Shown piece after piece: positions 1 to 11,314 of a stretch of 64,000 bases of DNA. Source of the DNA: Eledone cirrhosa (Eukaryota). The position numbers were made by a program, and so were the translations under genes. The notes beneath the pieces were generated by a model. The model had not been told where the DNA came from. It did not search any database and was given only the letters and a program-made list of their open reading frames with translations. The stretch spans positions 11,842,001 to 11,906,000 of the forward strand of contig OZ024756.1 of assembly GCA_964016885.1 (NCBI GenBank), read 5' to 3'. The stretch's first letter is position 1, and each line of letters opens with the position of its first letter.

Positions 1-278
1 CCTTACGGGGTCGATAAAATGAAGTACCAGTAATGCACTGAGTAATTGCTGGCCTTGTGCCTAAAAGTAGAAACAATTATTATCATCATCAGCAAGGGCT
101 GTAACTCTATGCGACGCCATGCTTTGACACATAGAGTTACGGCCCTTGCCATTCTGAGTTCAAATCCCGCCAAGGTTAACTTTGCCTTTCATCCTTACGG
201 GGGTCGATAAAATAAAGTACCAGTAATGCACTGGGGTAATTGCTGGCCTTGTGCCAAAAGTAGAAACATTTATTACTG
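1..278 (+). mobile_element. Two partial SINE B copies in tandem
   Basis: CCTTACGGGGTCGATAAAAT...GTAGAAAC at 1-80 and ~110-270. A further partial copy lies at 19621-19722. Confidence 0.8.
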
Positions 279-371
279 TCATCATTAGATGGTTTGAGAA
301 AATGGCATGGTGGTATTTCTGTTCCTATGTATTCTGAGTTCAAATCCTGCTCAGGCCATACATTTATATAT

Positions 372-409
<38 letters not shown>

Positions 410-554
410 ATATTGTATATCATCATCATCATATATGATGATGTGTGTGTGTGTATATATTACCCCCTCTCTCTATCCCTGTTCACCCCCTCACTACATC
501 CCCATACTCTAACTACACTGACTCTTTAACCCTGCCTATCTCTCTACCATGCCC

Positions 555-832
555 CGTGTAGCCAGTTTACAACCAGTTTGAACAGAAATAGGTGAGAGAG
601 TGCTGGCCGTATATGGCTGGTTTAACCTTTTAGAATTTACATTACTCTATATATACTGTTATATTTTCATGGTAACGGCTTTACCTCACATAACATCGAA
701 TCTATGAGATTTTGATATTATTTATTTTCAGAGAAATACCATAACATCAGTATGAGTGGCCAGTTTAGAGCCAATTTGAACAGAAATAAGTGAGAGAATG
801 CTGGCCGGATATGGCCGGTTTAAATGTTAAAC
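555..832 (-). mobile_element. Degenerate MITE copies (others at 51621-51807, 54970-55085, 57752-57840)
   Basis: Share ACATTACTCTATATATAC, CGAATCTATGAGATTTTG and CCAGTTT(C/G)AACAGAAA with 39138-39344. Confidence 0.75.
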
Positions 833-1011
833 CGTTTGTGTGAAGACACCATAACCTCTCTAGTTGTTATCTTCACCATAAAAACATCCAGTTGTAATCT
901 TCTCAAGGGTTAGGAGGATCCTTTAGTTATATCAGACACAAGGACCGAACCTTTGCTAGCAGGGAAAGCTTATGTTAAATGATGACGATGAGACATATTT
1001 ATATATATATA

Positions 1012-1654
1012 TCATCATCATCATCATCATCACCGTTTTACGTCCGTTCTTCCACGCTAGCATGGGTTAGACGGGTTGTCCTGTTGTGGGCAGTGTCTGG
1101 TCGGCTGACCATGCCTTGCTCATACAGGAACTGATCTGGCTTGATTTCTACAGCTGGATGCCCTTCCTAACACCAACCTCATTTACAGTGAGTGCTGGGT
1201 GCTTTTTCGTGGCGCCTACACGTCCACTTTACAGTGTGGGCTGGGTGCTTTTTTGCCGTGGCACCTCCACGACCACCTTGCGGTGGGGGGGGGGGGGGGG
1301 CATATTGTTTATATGCTTCAGCATGTACCCATGGGAGGTCGGGTACCCTGTATTACTGCGTGACGCCAGAAGTCACGGTCGTGTGTCATTGACTTTGAGA
1401 GGTGTAGTTGGGTAAGGTCGGCTTTTATCACCTCATCCCAAGTCATCTTGGGTCTCCCCACTCCGCGGTTTCCATCAACTTCTAGTGCTCTGCACCTTTT
1501 TATGCAGCTGTCATCCTTCATACGCATCACATGTCCATACCAGCGTAACCGCCTCTCCTGCACGCAGCATTTGATTCCTCTTATGCTCAGTCTCTCTCTC
1601 AATTCATTTATGCTTTGTCGTTCACGTATATTACTGTTACACATCCATCGGAGC
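1012..1654 (-). mobile_element. 5'-truncated RTE LINE, family 'RTE-B' (C-terminus + 3' UTR + GAT tail)
   Basis: Translates MLRWMCNSNIRERQS...ERRLRWYGHVMRM...GRPKMTWDE. The 3' UTR matches 52590-52800. Both ends lie in (TA)n. Confidence 0.92.
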
Positions 1655-1822
1655 ATATATATATATATATATGCAAAAGTTCTATTTAAATTGTTGGGAT
1701 ACAACAAGCAAATATTTTTATAACTGATATAAAGCACTCGACAAGTATTTGGAGTAAATATACGATATTAACAAATGGAAGCTATATTTATAAAACCATA
1801 TCTATTTTATTATACATATTTC

Positions 1823-2321
1823 GGAAGAAGGGTTTCTCCCTGCGTACGAAAGGCCGGTTGTATGATGCCTGTGTGAGGAGCGCGATGCTGCATGGTAGCG
1901 AGACATGGGCAGCAACTGCAGAGGATATGCGACGGCTGGAGAGAAATGAGGCAAGCATGCTCCGTTGGATGTGCAGTGTAAATGTGCGTGAACGACCCAG
2001 CATAAATGTGTTGAGAGAGAAACTGTCTGCGAGGGATAGAATGTAGTGTACGGGAGAGGAGACTGAGGTGGTATGGACATGTGATGCGCATGGAGGTTGA
2101 CCGATGGGTGAAGAAGTGCCAGGAAATGCCAGTTGAAGGAAGACGTGGTAGAGGTAGACCACGAAAAACATGGGCGGAGGTGGTGAGAACAGACCTCAGA
2201 TCATTGAAGCTCACGGTGGAGATGACGAGGGACCGTGACGATTGGAGAGATGCTGTGCTGAATAAGACCCGTCCCACCCTTGCAAGCAGGGAAAAGCGGA
2301 CGTAAAATGATGATGATGATG
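1823..2321 (+). mobile_element. 5'-truncated RTE LINE, family 'RTE-C' (no 3' UTR), with 5-bp TSD ATTTC
   Basis: LYDACVRSAMLHGSETWA...GRPRKTW...EKRT* (frameshift near 2040) followed directly by (GAT)n. ATTTC occurs at 1818-1822 and 2322-2326. Removing the element restores one arm of the 1761-2543 inverted repeat. Confidence 0.9.
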
Positions 2322-2435
2322 ATTTCAAGGATACCATGTTAAATTATGGTATGCTTTCATCAGACAAAATACAATAGTAACGGTAGCATTTTGAAAGGGT
2401 ATGTCAATATTTATTTATAAAACTGGTATATATTG

Positions 2436-2500
2436 TATTTTGTCTGATGAAAGCATACCATAATTTAACATGGTATCCTTGAAATATGTATAATAAAATA
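2436..2500 (+). ncRNA. Type I hammerhead ribozyme motif
   Basis: Stem I TATTTTGT/ATAAAATA; CTGATGA; stem II AAG-C-ATACCAT/ATGGTAT-C-CTT; GAA; stem III ATA-TG-TAT; N17=A. Confidence 0.72.
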
Positions 2501-2539
2501 GATATGGTTTTATAAATATAGTTTCCATTTGTTAATATC

Positions 2540-2589
<50 letters not shown>

Positions 2590-2593
<4 letters not shown>

Positions 2594-5500
2594 TCATCAT
2601 CATCATCATCATCAACGTTTAACGTCCGTGTTCCACGCTTGCATGGGTTTGGACGGGGGTAGTCCCACTTGAGGCAAGAGTGATTGTCTTGCTCGCATAG
2701 GACTGTCTGGCAGGTTTTCTACAGTTGGATGCCCTTCCTAACACCAACCACATTTACAGTGTGGGTCTGGGAGGTTTTTACCGTGTTGCCTACACGGCCA
2801 CATTACAGCGTGGACTGTGTGTTTTTTTGTCGTGACACCTACACGATCTCATTTGTTTCGGCCTCGATGGCGCGGCACCAACATAACTTTACATAGAACG
2901 GGGTGGTGTGGATCGGGTGGGGGTGGTGGTGGTGGGACGGGGTGTATTTTGTTAGAGATGCCTACTGGCTGGAGTAGGTTTTACTATATATTTAGGTAAG
3001 GCGGGTCTTCTCTGTTACTGAGTACCGCCAAAGGTCTCGGTCCAGTGACATTGTCTTGGAGAGGTGTAAGTGTGTGATGTCGGAGTTTATCAGCTCGTCC
3101 CAGGTTTTTCTAGGTCTGCCTATTCCGTGACTACCGTCTATCTTTATTGCCCTGCACTTTGTTATACAGCTATCGACTTTCATGCGCATCACGTGTCCAT
3201 ACCAACGTAGCCTTCTCTCGAGTAAACAACATCTGATCCCTCTTATCTCTAATTTTTTCCTTAGTTCGTTTATGCTTTGCCGTTCACGTATATTACTGTT
3301 ACACATCCAGCGGAGCATGCAAGCTTCGTTCCTCTCTAGTCTGCGTATATCCTCTGCACACAATGCCCAGGTCTCACTGCCATGCAGCATTGCTGTTCGT
3401 ATGCAGGCATCGTACAACCTGCCTTTCATTTTTAGTGAGAACCCTTTAGCAGCTAATAGTGGTATAAGCTCTCTGAACTTTTTCCAACCAGTTCTGACTC
3501 TAGCTACAGTACTTTCAGAGCACCCTCCCCCACTGCTGATTTTATCGCCCAGGTAACGGAAGCTGTCCACTATTTCTGTAGAACCCTCTGCGCAATTGAA
3601 AGAGCTAGTAGTTTGTGGGCACTTGCTGCTACTTATTGCACCAGAGCACCGGCCACATGTAAAATCTATGTTCTTAGTTAGCTTACCTGTGATCCCACTA
3701 CATCTTTTATGCACCCATACTTTGCATTTAGGACATAAAATGGAGTTTCTACCTACGCCTTTCCTACACACCGAGCACGACCATTTCCCAGAAGGGACCG
3801 CCACCTTGTTTTCTTTCCTACAAACTAGTACTTTGGTCTTAGCCAGGTTAATTTTAAGTCCTTTTGACTCTAGGCCGTGCTTCCATGTTTGGAATTTCTT
3901 CTCTAGCTCGGCCATTGATTCCGCTATGAGTGTCAGGTCGTCTGCGTATAGGAGTTCCCATGGGCAGCCTGTCTTGAACTCCTCTGTTATAGCCTGAAGG
4001 GCAATAATAAATAGTAGTGGACTGAGAACAGAGCCCTGATGGACGCCAACTTTTACGCTAAACTCTTCACTATATTCGTTGTTAATTCTAACCTTGCTGA
4101 CTGTTTCTTTATACATGGCTTGTATAGCCCTCACAAGCCATTCGTCAACGCCTAGTTTTCTAAGAGCCCACCAGATAATGGAGCGGGGGACTCTGTCGAA
4201 GGCTTTCTCCAAGTCGACAAAAGCTAAGTAGAGGGGTTTACCTTTAGCTAGGTACTTCTCCTGTAGTTGTCGTACTATGAAAAGAGCGTCTGTGGTACTT
4301 TTGCCTGACACAAACCCGAACTGCATTTCATCTAGGTCAATTCTCTCTCTGATTAGTTGCGCTATTACTTTTTCCGTGACCTTCATGACCTGGTCGATTA
4401 ATTTAATGCCTCTATAGTTACTCCTATCTAGGGCGTCTCCTTTACCCTTATAACAGTTAACGATGATGCTGCTATGCCAGTCCTTCGGAACAACCCCATT
4501 CTGTACGACTTGGTTAACTATGCGGGTGACCATGGTGTGTCCCACCGTGCCAGATGCCTTCAGCATCTCAGCAACTATTTCCGAAGGCCCAGCCGCCTTA
4601 CCAGTCTTCATATCCTTGATTGCCTTACTTATTATACTCCCCTCGACTAACACTGCTGGTCCCTCTATTGGGTCGATATGGGGGAGACTGCCTTTCTCCC
4701 AATTATTCTCCTCATTTAGTAGCCTTTCATAGTGACACTTCCAAGCTACCTTCTTATCAGCGTCGGTGATGGCAAGTGTGCCATCGTCGTTTAGTACACA
4801 CTTCTCCCCGACAATATCACGGTTTTCCTTGACGCATTGCCTAGCAATCCTGAACACCTCACGTTTTTGGTCATCGCGTTGTAGAACATGCTTGAACTTT
4901 CTTTCCTCAGCTTCTCTTCTTGCTAAGTACACTTGTCTCCTAGCTTCCCTCCTGGCCACTTGATAGTCCTCTCTACTTCCCCCATCCCGCCATACTTTCC
5001 AAGCCTGCTTTTTGGCCTTAATTGACCCCTCCACCTTACTGTTCCACCACCATGTTACTCTCCTCCTGCCTACAGGCCTGCTCCAGCCACAGACTTCGTC
5101 TGTCGCCAACAGCAGGTTTGCTTTCAGAAATTCCCACTCTCCCTCTATATTGTCCGACTCTAAATGCTCTTCCTTACTGTCGAAAGCATCAAGTAATATG
5201 CTTTGAAATTTATTCCTGGCTGTGGGGTCCTTTAGCTTCCATATTTTCCTCCTGAGGATAGTCCTCTTCTGTTGTCGAGTACGTCTCGTCCTGACTATGA
5301 GGTCGCTAATTATCAGTCTATGTTGGGAGGTGCATTCTTCATGGGGGAGGGATTTAGTGTTTACAACAGACACTCTGTCACGTCTTCTGGTAAGGATATA
5401 ATCTACCTGGCTTGTGTGTTCCCCGGATCTATAGGTGATCAGGTGATTGTCACGTTTTTTGAAGTTAGTGTTACAGATAGTTAGGTTATTTGCATCACAG

Positions 5501-6600
5501 AATTCCAGGATTCTGGAGCCTTCCTCATTTCTAGTACCAAACCCATAGCCTCCATGGATTTCGTCGTAGCCGTCACAATGTTGTCCAACGTGACCATTTA
5601 GGTCGCCTGCGATAATTATATAGTCACTGTCGGATATTTGGGAGGTAGTTAGCATCAGTGTCTCATAGAATCTGTCTTTTATAGTGCCGGGCAGTCCGGA
5701 TTGGGGTGCGTACGCAGATATTACTGTCACCGTAGTTCTATTGAGGACAAGTCGTATTTTAATTATTCTGTCGTTCACTCTATTTACGTCTATTATCTTA
5801 TCTGCCCACTTTTCTGCTACCATGATTCCTACTCCACCCAGCCCATCGTCGTTTCCCACCCAGAAAAGCTTATAACATCGTTTTTTACCCTCAATGAACC
5901 TAGCAGACCCACCCCTCCACCTGGTCTCTTGAATACAACAAACATCGACCTCCTTACGTTCAAGCATTTCTACAACCTCGTTAGCGCGACCCTTTAGGGT
6001 GCCTACATTTATGGTACCAACTCTGAGGTTTTGGATTGCGTTTGGGGCTTGGGGGCGGTGAGGGGCGGGGGGCGATGGGGTTATGTTAGCCGTCCGCGGT
6101 CGAAACAATGAGGAGTGCTCGCATTCTCGTCCAAGAGGTGAATTTGTCTTTATCTTTGGCATTGTCGCTGAGCGTCCAGATTTTTCTCTCTCACCTCCAC
6201 TCTCCAGGATTCCGCAGTCCATCCAACCATCATATATCGTATATCGAAAGGCAACCAGGCAAGCGATAGTATAGGCCTCTAGTTTCTGATTGGTCCGCGT
6301 AATAATACTGGTGATGCGTGGGGGCTCTGTTTTATGATTGGTCCACGTAATAGCAATGGTGGTGCGTGGGGGTGGGAGGGAGGGGTGTTGGGTAGCTAGC
6401 AAGAAGGTAATGATTGAGTGGGGTCCATGCATTTAACAAGCGATTAACAAAAATACAAAATTTGTTCTGTTAAATACGTCCAAAAACCCTACGTATTTAG
6501 CAATTAATAGAAACAGAAAATGTAGTTTGTTTTAGCGATAGATTGGCTATTTGGACTTGATACGAAATATGGATTGTTTTGAAAATACGAGAATTAAGAT
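2590..6600 (-). mobile_element. Apparently full-length RTE LINE including ~400-bp 3' UTR and (GAT)n tail
   Basis: 3' UTR 2615-2991 ends ...GGACGTTAAACGTT(GAT)n, abutting (TA)n at 2541-2590. The 5' boundary is uncertain (short TA run at 6602-6611). Confidence 0.85.
2992..6432 (-). CDS. RTE-clade non-LTR retrotransposon ORF (APE endonuclease + reverse transcriptase, PHD-like finger); family 'RTE-A'
   Basis: Uninterrupted 1146-aa ORF. APE motifs: GTINVGTL, IQETRW, YAPQ, GDLNGH, VDYIL, SQHR. RT motifs: FVDLEKAFD, GVHQGSVLSP, YADD, FRYLG. C-terminal RTE-type ERRLRWYGHV...GRPRKTW. The true start may be an internal Met (e.g. MPKIK at 6162). Confidence 0.95.
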   Translation of the reverse strand: MHGPHSIITFLLATQHPSLPPPRTTIAITWTNHKTEPPRITSIITRTNQKLEAYTIACLVAFRYTIYDGWMDCGILESGGEREKSGRSATMPKIKTNSPLGRECEHSSLFRPRTANITPSPPAPHRPQAPNAIQNLRVGTINVGTLKGRANEVVEMLERKEVDVCCIQETRWRGGSARFIEGKKRCYKLFWVGNDDGLGGVGIMVAEKWADKIIDVNRVNDRIIKIRLVLNRTTVTVISAYAPQSGLPGTIKDRFYETLMLTTSQISDSDYIIIAGDLNGHVGQHCDGYDEIHGGYGFGTRNEEGSRILEFCDANNLTICNTNFKKRDNHLITYRSGEHTSQVDYILTRRRDRVSVVNTKSLPHEECTSQHRLIISDLIVRTRRTRQQKRTILRRKIWKLKDPTARNKFQSILLDAFDSKEEHLESDNIEGEWEFLKANLLLATDEVCGWSRPVGRRRVTWWWNSKVEGSIKAKKQAWKVWRDGGSREDYQVARREARRQVYLARREAEERKFKHVLQRDDQKREVFRIARQCVKENRDIVGEKCVLNDDGTLAITDADKKVAWKCHYERLLNEENNWEKGSLPHIDPIEGPAVLVEGSIISKAIKDMKTGKAAGPSEIVAEMLKASGTVGHTMVTRIVNQVVQNGVVPKDWHSSIIVNCYKGKGDALDRSNYRGIKLIDQVMKVTEKVIAQLIRERIDLDEMQFGFVSGKSTTDALFIVRQLQEKYLAKGKPLYLAFVDLEKAFDRVPRSIIWWALRKLGVDEWLVRAIQAMYKETVSKVRINNEYSEEFSVKVGVHQGSVLSPLLFIIALQAITEEFKTGCPWELLYADDLTLIAESMAELEKKFQTWKHGLESKGLKINLAKTKVLVCRKENKVAVPSGKWSCSVCRKGVGRNSILCPKCKVWVHKRCSGITGKLTKNIDFTCGRCSGAISSSKCPQTTSSFNCAEGSTEIVDSFRYLGDKISSGGGCSESTVARVRTGWKKFRELIPLLAAKGFSLKMKGRLYDACIRTAMLHGSETWALCAEDIRRLERNEACMLRWMCNSNIRERQSINELRKKLEIRGIRCCLLERRLRWYGHVMRMKVDSCITKCRAIKIDGSHGIGRPRKTWDELINSDITHLHLSKTMSLDRDLWRYSVTEKTRLT

Positions 6601-6654
6601 TTATATATATTAATTCAAAATATTAACAAAAATAGACATTCGTGTGATCAAGTA

Positions 6655-6720
6655 TATTTTATTATACATATTTCAGAGGTACTGAGTTATTTCAACAGTA
6701 CGTCCTCATCAGATAAAATA
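6655..6720 (-). ncRNA. Type I hammerhead ribozyme motif
   Basis: Stem I TATTTTAT/ATAAAATA; CTGATGA; stem II GGA-C-GTACTG/CAGTAC-C-TCT; GAA ATA-TG-TAT A. Confidence 0.72.
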
Positions 6721-6965
6721 AGATGATGCATGACATACCCTGAAAACTCATTCTTTGATTTATTCATTGAACCTTGTTTACCCTTTAAATATATATATAT
6801 ATATATATATAAAAATATATATATATATATATAGGAACGAGTAGGACCCCGACGGCGGGGTCCTACTCGTTCCTATTACCCACTCTACTACCCTAAGTAT
6901 TGAGTACTTTGGTGCGTTATGGTCCACCTGGTTCCTTACCACATTTCCTTTGTTATATATATATA

Positions 6966-6998
<33 letters not shown>

Positions 6999-7084
6999 GT
7001 GTGTGCGTGTGTACAGACACATGCACACAAATGGAGAATATGGAGAAAAACTGTTGTGGCATGCTAAATCAAAGCTATTGCTGC

Positions 7085-8521
7085 TATTACAACTACAACT
7101 CCTACCACCACCACTACCACCACTACCACTACTACTACTACCACCACCACCACTACTACTACTACCACCACCACTACTATTACCACTGCCACCATCACCA
7201 CCACCAGTTCTACCACCACCACCAATATTATCACCACTACCACCATCACCACCACCACCAATACTACCATCACCACCACTACCACCAATACTACTACATA
7301 TGTACAATTCACACAACACAATCTTTGCCACATCTCCAAGTAACGAAGTACATTATTTTACAAAATAATGTACTTAATTCACCACCACTACCGCCATCAC
7401 CACTACCACCTCTACCACCATCACCACTACCACCACCACCACTACCACCATCACCACTACCACCACCACTACCACCACTACCACCATGTAACAAAGTACA
7501 TTATTTTACAAAGTAATGTACTTAATTCACCACCACTACCACCATCACCACTACCACCATCACCACTACCACCACTACCACCACCACTACCACCATCACC
7601 ACTACCACCACTACCACCATCACCACTACCACCACTACCACCACCACTACCACCATCACCACTACCACCATCACCACTACCATCACCACTACCACCACCA
7701 CTACCACCACCACTACCACCATCACCACTACCACCATCACCACTACCACCATCACTACCACCACTACCACTACCACCACCACTACTACCACCACCACTAC
7801 CACCAAGTAACGAAGTACATTATTTTACAAAGTAATGTACTTAATTCAACTTTTCTACAGTATTGTTACTGTTGTTATTGTTGTGGTTAATAAAGCGTAG
7901 TAGTGGTGGTGGTAGTAGTGGTGGTGGTGGTGGTGGTGGTATTGTTGTGGTTAATAAAGAGTAGTGGTAGTAGTGATGGTGGTGGTGGTGGTGGTGGTGG
8001 TATTGTTGTGGTTAATAAAGAGTAGTGGTAGTAGTGGTGGTGGTGGTGGTGGTGGTATTGTTGTGGTTAATAAAGAGTAGTGGTAGTAGTGATGGTGGTG
8101 GTGGTGGTGGTGGTGGTATTGTTGTGGTTAATAAAGAGTAGTGGTAGTAGTGGTGGTGGTGGTGGTGGTGGTATTGTTGTGGTTAATAAAGAGTAGTGGT
8201 GGTGGTGGTGGTGGTAGTAGAAGTAGTGGTGGTGGTAGTAGTAGTGGTGGTATTGTTATGGTTAATAAAGAGTAGTAGTAGTAGTGGTTGTGATGGTGGT
8301 GTTGTTGTTGTTGCTATTATATATTTATTTGTTTATTTTTGTGCACACCTTTTTCTTAAATAATAACAGAAGAAAAAAAACCCTAGCAAAACAAATGAAA
8401 ACAATAAAACAAGGATTGTGTGTTGCATCTAATGTGTTTTCTACCCCCCAGGGGCAGTTCTATATAGTATAAAATATGAAATGAAATGTGAGTAAAAAAA
8501 ATGGTGTTTTACATATGTATA

Positions 8522-8560
<39 letters not shown>

Positions 8561-8579
8561 GAGTGTATGTATATATATG

Positions 8580-8674
<95 letters not shown>

Positions 8675-8945
8675 AGATATGTGTATGTATATATATATAT
8701 ATATGTATATCATCATCATCATCAGGTTTAGCGTCCGTGTTCCACGCTTGCATGGGTTTGGACGTATATATATATATATGTATATATATATGTATATATG
8801 TATATATGTATGTATATATGTATATATATATGTATATATGTATGTGTATATATGTATGTGTATGTATATATATATATATGTATGTGTATATATGTATGTG
8901 TATGTATATATATGTATATATGTATGTGTATTATGTGTATATATG

Positions 8946-8987
<42 letters not shown>

Positions 8988-9205
8988 GTATTATATATAT
9001 ATATGTATATATGTATGTATATATATATATATATATATTATGGAATACTGTTGGCTTTTGCTACAATGTTTTCTATACCTTTCATTTATATATATGTATA
9101 TATATATATATATGTATGTGTGTATATATATATATATGTATATAAAATAAACTACCGTAAACTCTTGGTAGATTTATCTACATATATATGTATATATATA
9201 TATAT

Positions 9206-9280
<75 letters not shown>

Positions 9281-9331
9281 ATACCTACATAGACATAGAC
9301 ACACACGCGCAAACATATATATATATATTGG

Positions 9332-9392
<61 letters not shown>

Positions 9393-9452
9393 ATATATAC
9401 ACACATATATCCCCATCATCATCATCGTTTAACGTCCACCTTTCACGTTAGC

Positions 9453-9485
<33 letters not shown>

Positions 9486-9685
9486 TATATATACACACAC
9501 AGACACACACATATATATACACACACACACACACATATATATATATACACACACACACACATATATATATATATACACACACACACGCACACACACATAT
9601 ATATAAATACACACACACACACACATATATATATACACACATATATATATATATACACACACACAGATATATATATATATACTCT
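7085..9685. repeat. Compound simple repeats (CAC/TAC)n, (GGT)n, (TA)n/(CA)n
   Basis: Direct inspection. Similar tracts at 11885-12125, 13478-14075, 17095-18440, 27320-28430, 29190-29965, 33445-33690 and 59428-60152. Confidence 0.95.
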
Positions 9686-9715
9686 AAATGGATTTTTACA
9701 CCTATGTAATAAGAA

Positions 9716-9860
9716 AGTAGAGGTGGAACTGGTAGCGGTGGACTTGGTAGAGGTGGAACTGGTAGCTGTGGACTTGGTAGAGGTGGAACTGGTAGCTGTG
9801 GACTTGGTAGAGGTGGAACTGGTAGCTGTGGACTTGGTAGAGGTGGAACTGGTAGCGGTG
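9716..9860. repeat. 30-bp tandem repeat, ~5 copies
   Basis: GTAGAGGTGGAACTGGTAGCTGTGGACTTG. Confidence 0.9.
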
Positions 9861-10487
9861 TGAATGGAATGACATAAACCAAAGAACTGTGAAAGAAATA
9901 TTTGAATACAACACAGTAGTCTGTTTATTTTTGTCTGTTGTTTCTCTCCTCTCCCTACCACAGTTTTGTAGTAATTGATGTTGTTGTTGTTATTCTTGTT
10001 GTTCTCCCCCCCTCCACCCCCACTCCTCTTCTTCCACACCTCTTAACAGATTTACTTGAGGACATGATGTAAAAAGCTGGGTTCTATATTTTATTTTATT
10101 TTAAACAGTAAAGAAAAATAATGAGTTACTATAGAAAATAATGGATTTGGCTGGTTTTAAATAGCTGTGGCACTCTCGTGTTTAATAATAAGCTTGGCGG
10201 CAGGGTGGGGCTGATATGCTGGAGGTAAGCTGGTTTGTGTGTATATTGGTAGATTCCAGTGGAGGAGATGTGGAAGGAAGAAGAAGGGAATACGAAAGAA
10301 AGAGCTCAAAACAGAAATCATAAAGAAGAAATGACAAGTGTGAAAAAAGAATGAAATAGTCTTTTTTTGCAAACCTGTGAAATCTGTATCAACATAATGT
10401 ATATGTGTCGGTGTGTGTGTGTTTTAAGTATTTCCATAAAAAAGGTAAAAGAAAGAAGAGTGCTCTATGTATTGTACAGAGCCATAA

Positions 10488-10556
10488 TTTGTCTGACGAA
10501 CGAGCTGGATGTTTCTTGCAAGAATCATCTAGTTTCTTGAAACCTTCGGTAATGAA
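10488..10556 (+). ncRNA. Hammerhead-like motif
   Basis: TTTGT CTGACGA [long imperfect stem II] GAA ACC-TTC-GGT A ATGAA; weak stem I. Confidence 0.5.
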
Positions 10557-10605
10557 ATAATTATATTGTGTCGTTTATTATGTAAATATATATATATATA
10601 TATAT

Positions 10606-10914
10606 ATCATTTCATTTTACGTCCGCTTTTTCCCTGCTTGCAAGGGTGGGACGGGAACTGATTCTGGCTTGATTTCTACAGCTGGATGCCCTTCCTAACA
10701 CCAACCTCATTTACAGTGAGTGCTGGGTGTTTTTTTGCAGTGGAATGATAGGGACCCCAGTCCCTATCATCTCATTTCTACAGCTGAATAAACTGGAGCA
10801 ATGTGAAATAAAGTGTCTTGCTCAAGGACACAACACATCACCCGGTCCGAGAATTGAACTCACAACCTTTCGATTGCAAGGCCAATGCTCTAACCACTAA
10901 GCCATGTGCCTCCA
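10606..10914 (-). mobile_element. SINE A copy
   Basis: Reverse complement of 14651-14992 with an internal deletion. Confidence 0.88.
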
Positions 10915-11137
10915 TATCTATCCATATATATATTCATATATGCAATATATATATATAAAAGACGTAAAATAAGAACATTTTTTAAAAAAATTAAAAAAAA
11001 ATTAACTTACTTACTTAAATTTTCACTTAAATCATCCTCCTGCATTGAACCACCTAGGTACTATGGCATAACCTGTGTATTTGCTGGCATTAGCGTACAT
11101 CTGTGCGCTTATGTTAGTAGATATATTAAATTATCTA

Positions 11138-11201
<64 letters not shown>

Positions 11202-11256
11202 TACATATTATAAAATAACAGGAGGCTGGACTGGTGTAATTCCTTAAAGGTTTATT

Positions 11257-11314
11257 ATACTATGAACATTTCAATGACCGGGTTCAGTATGAATCCGGTG
11301 ACATCATCAGGTAT
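11257..11314 (-). ncRNA. Type I hammerhead ribozyme motif
   Basis: ATAC CTGATGA TGT-C-ACCGG...CCGGT-C-ATT GAA ATG-TT-CAT A GTAT, then AATAAA. Confidence 0.65.

Noticed and set aside
3182-6274. Plus-strand ORFs overlapping the LINE
   Set aside because: Antisense shadows of the RTE ORF with no recognisable motifs.
6919-7890. His/Tyr-rich and Pro-rich ORFs
   Set aside because: Trinucleotide-repeat translations.
8441-9882. YI/CV/TH-repeat ORFs here and at 17 kb, 27-28 kb, 33 kb
   Set aside because: Dinucleotide microsatellite artefacts.
11026-11100. Minus-strand exon ending at GTAAGT (GGSMQEDDLSENL)
   Set aside because: Weak acceptor and no recognisable protein; similar unsupported candidates at 16700-16770 and 33330-33395.
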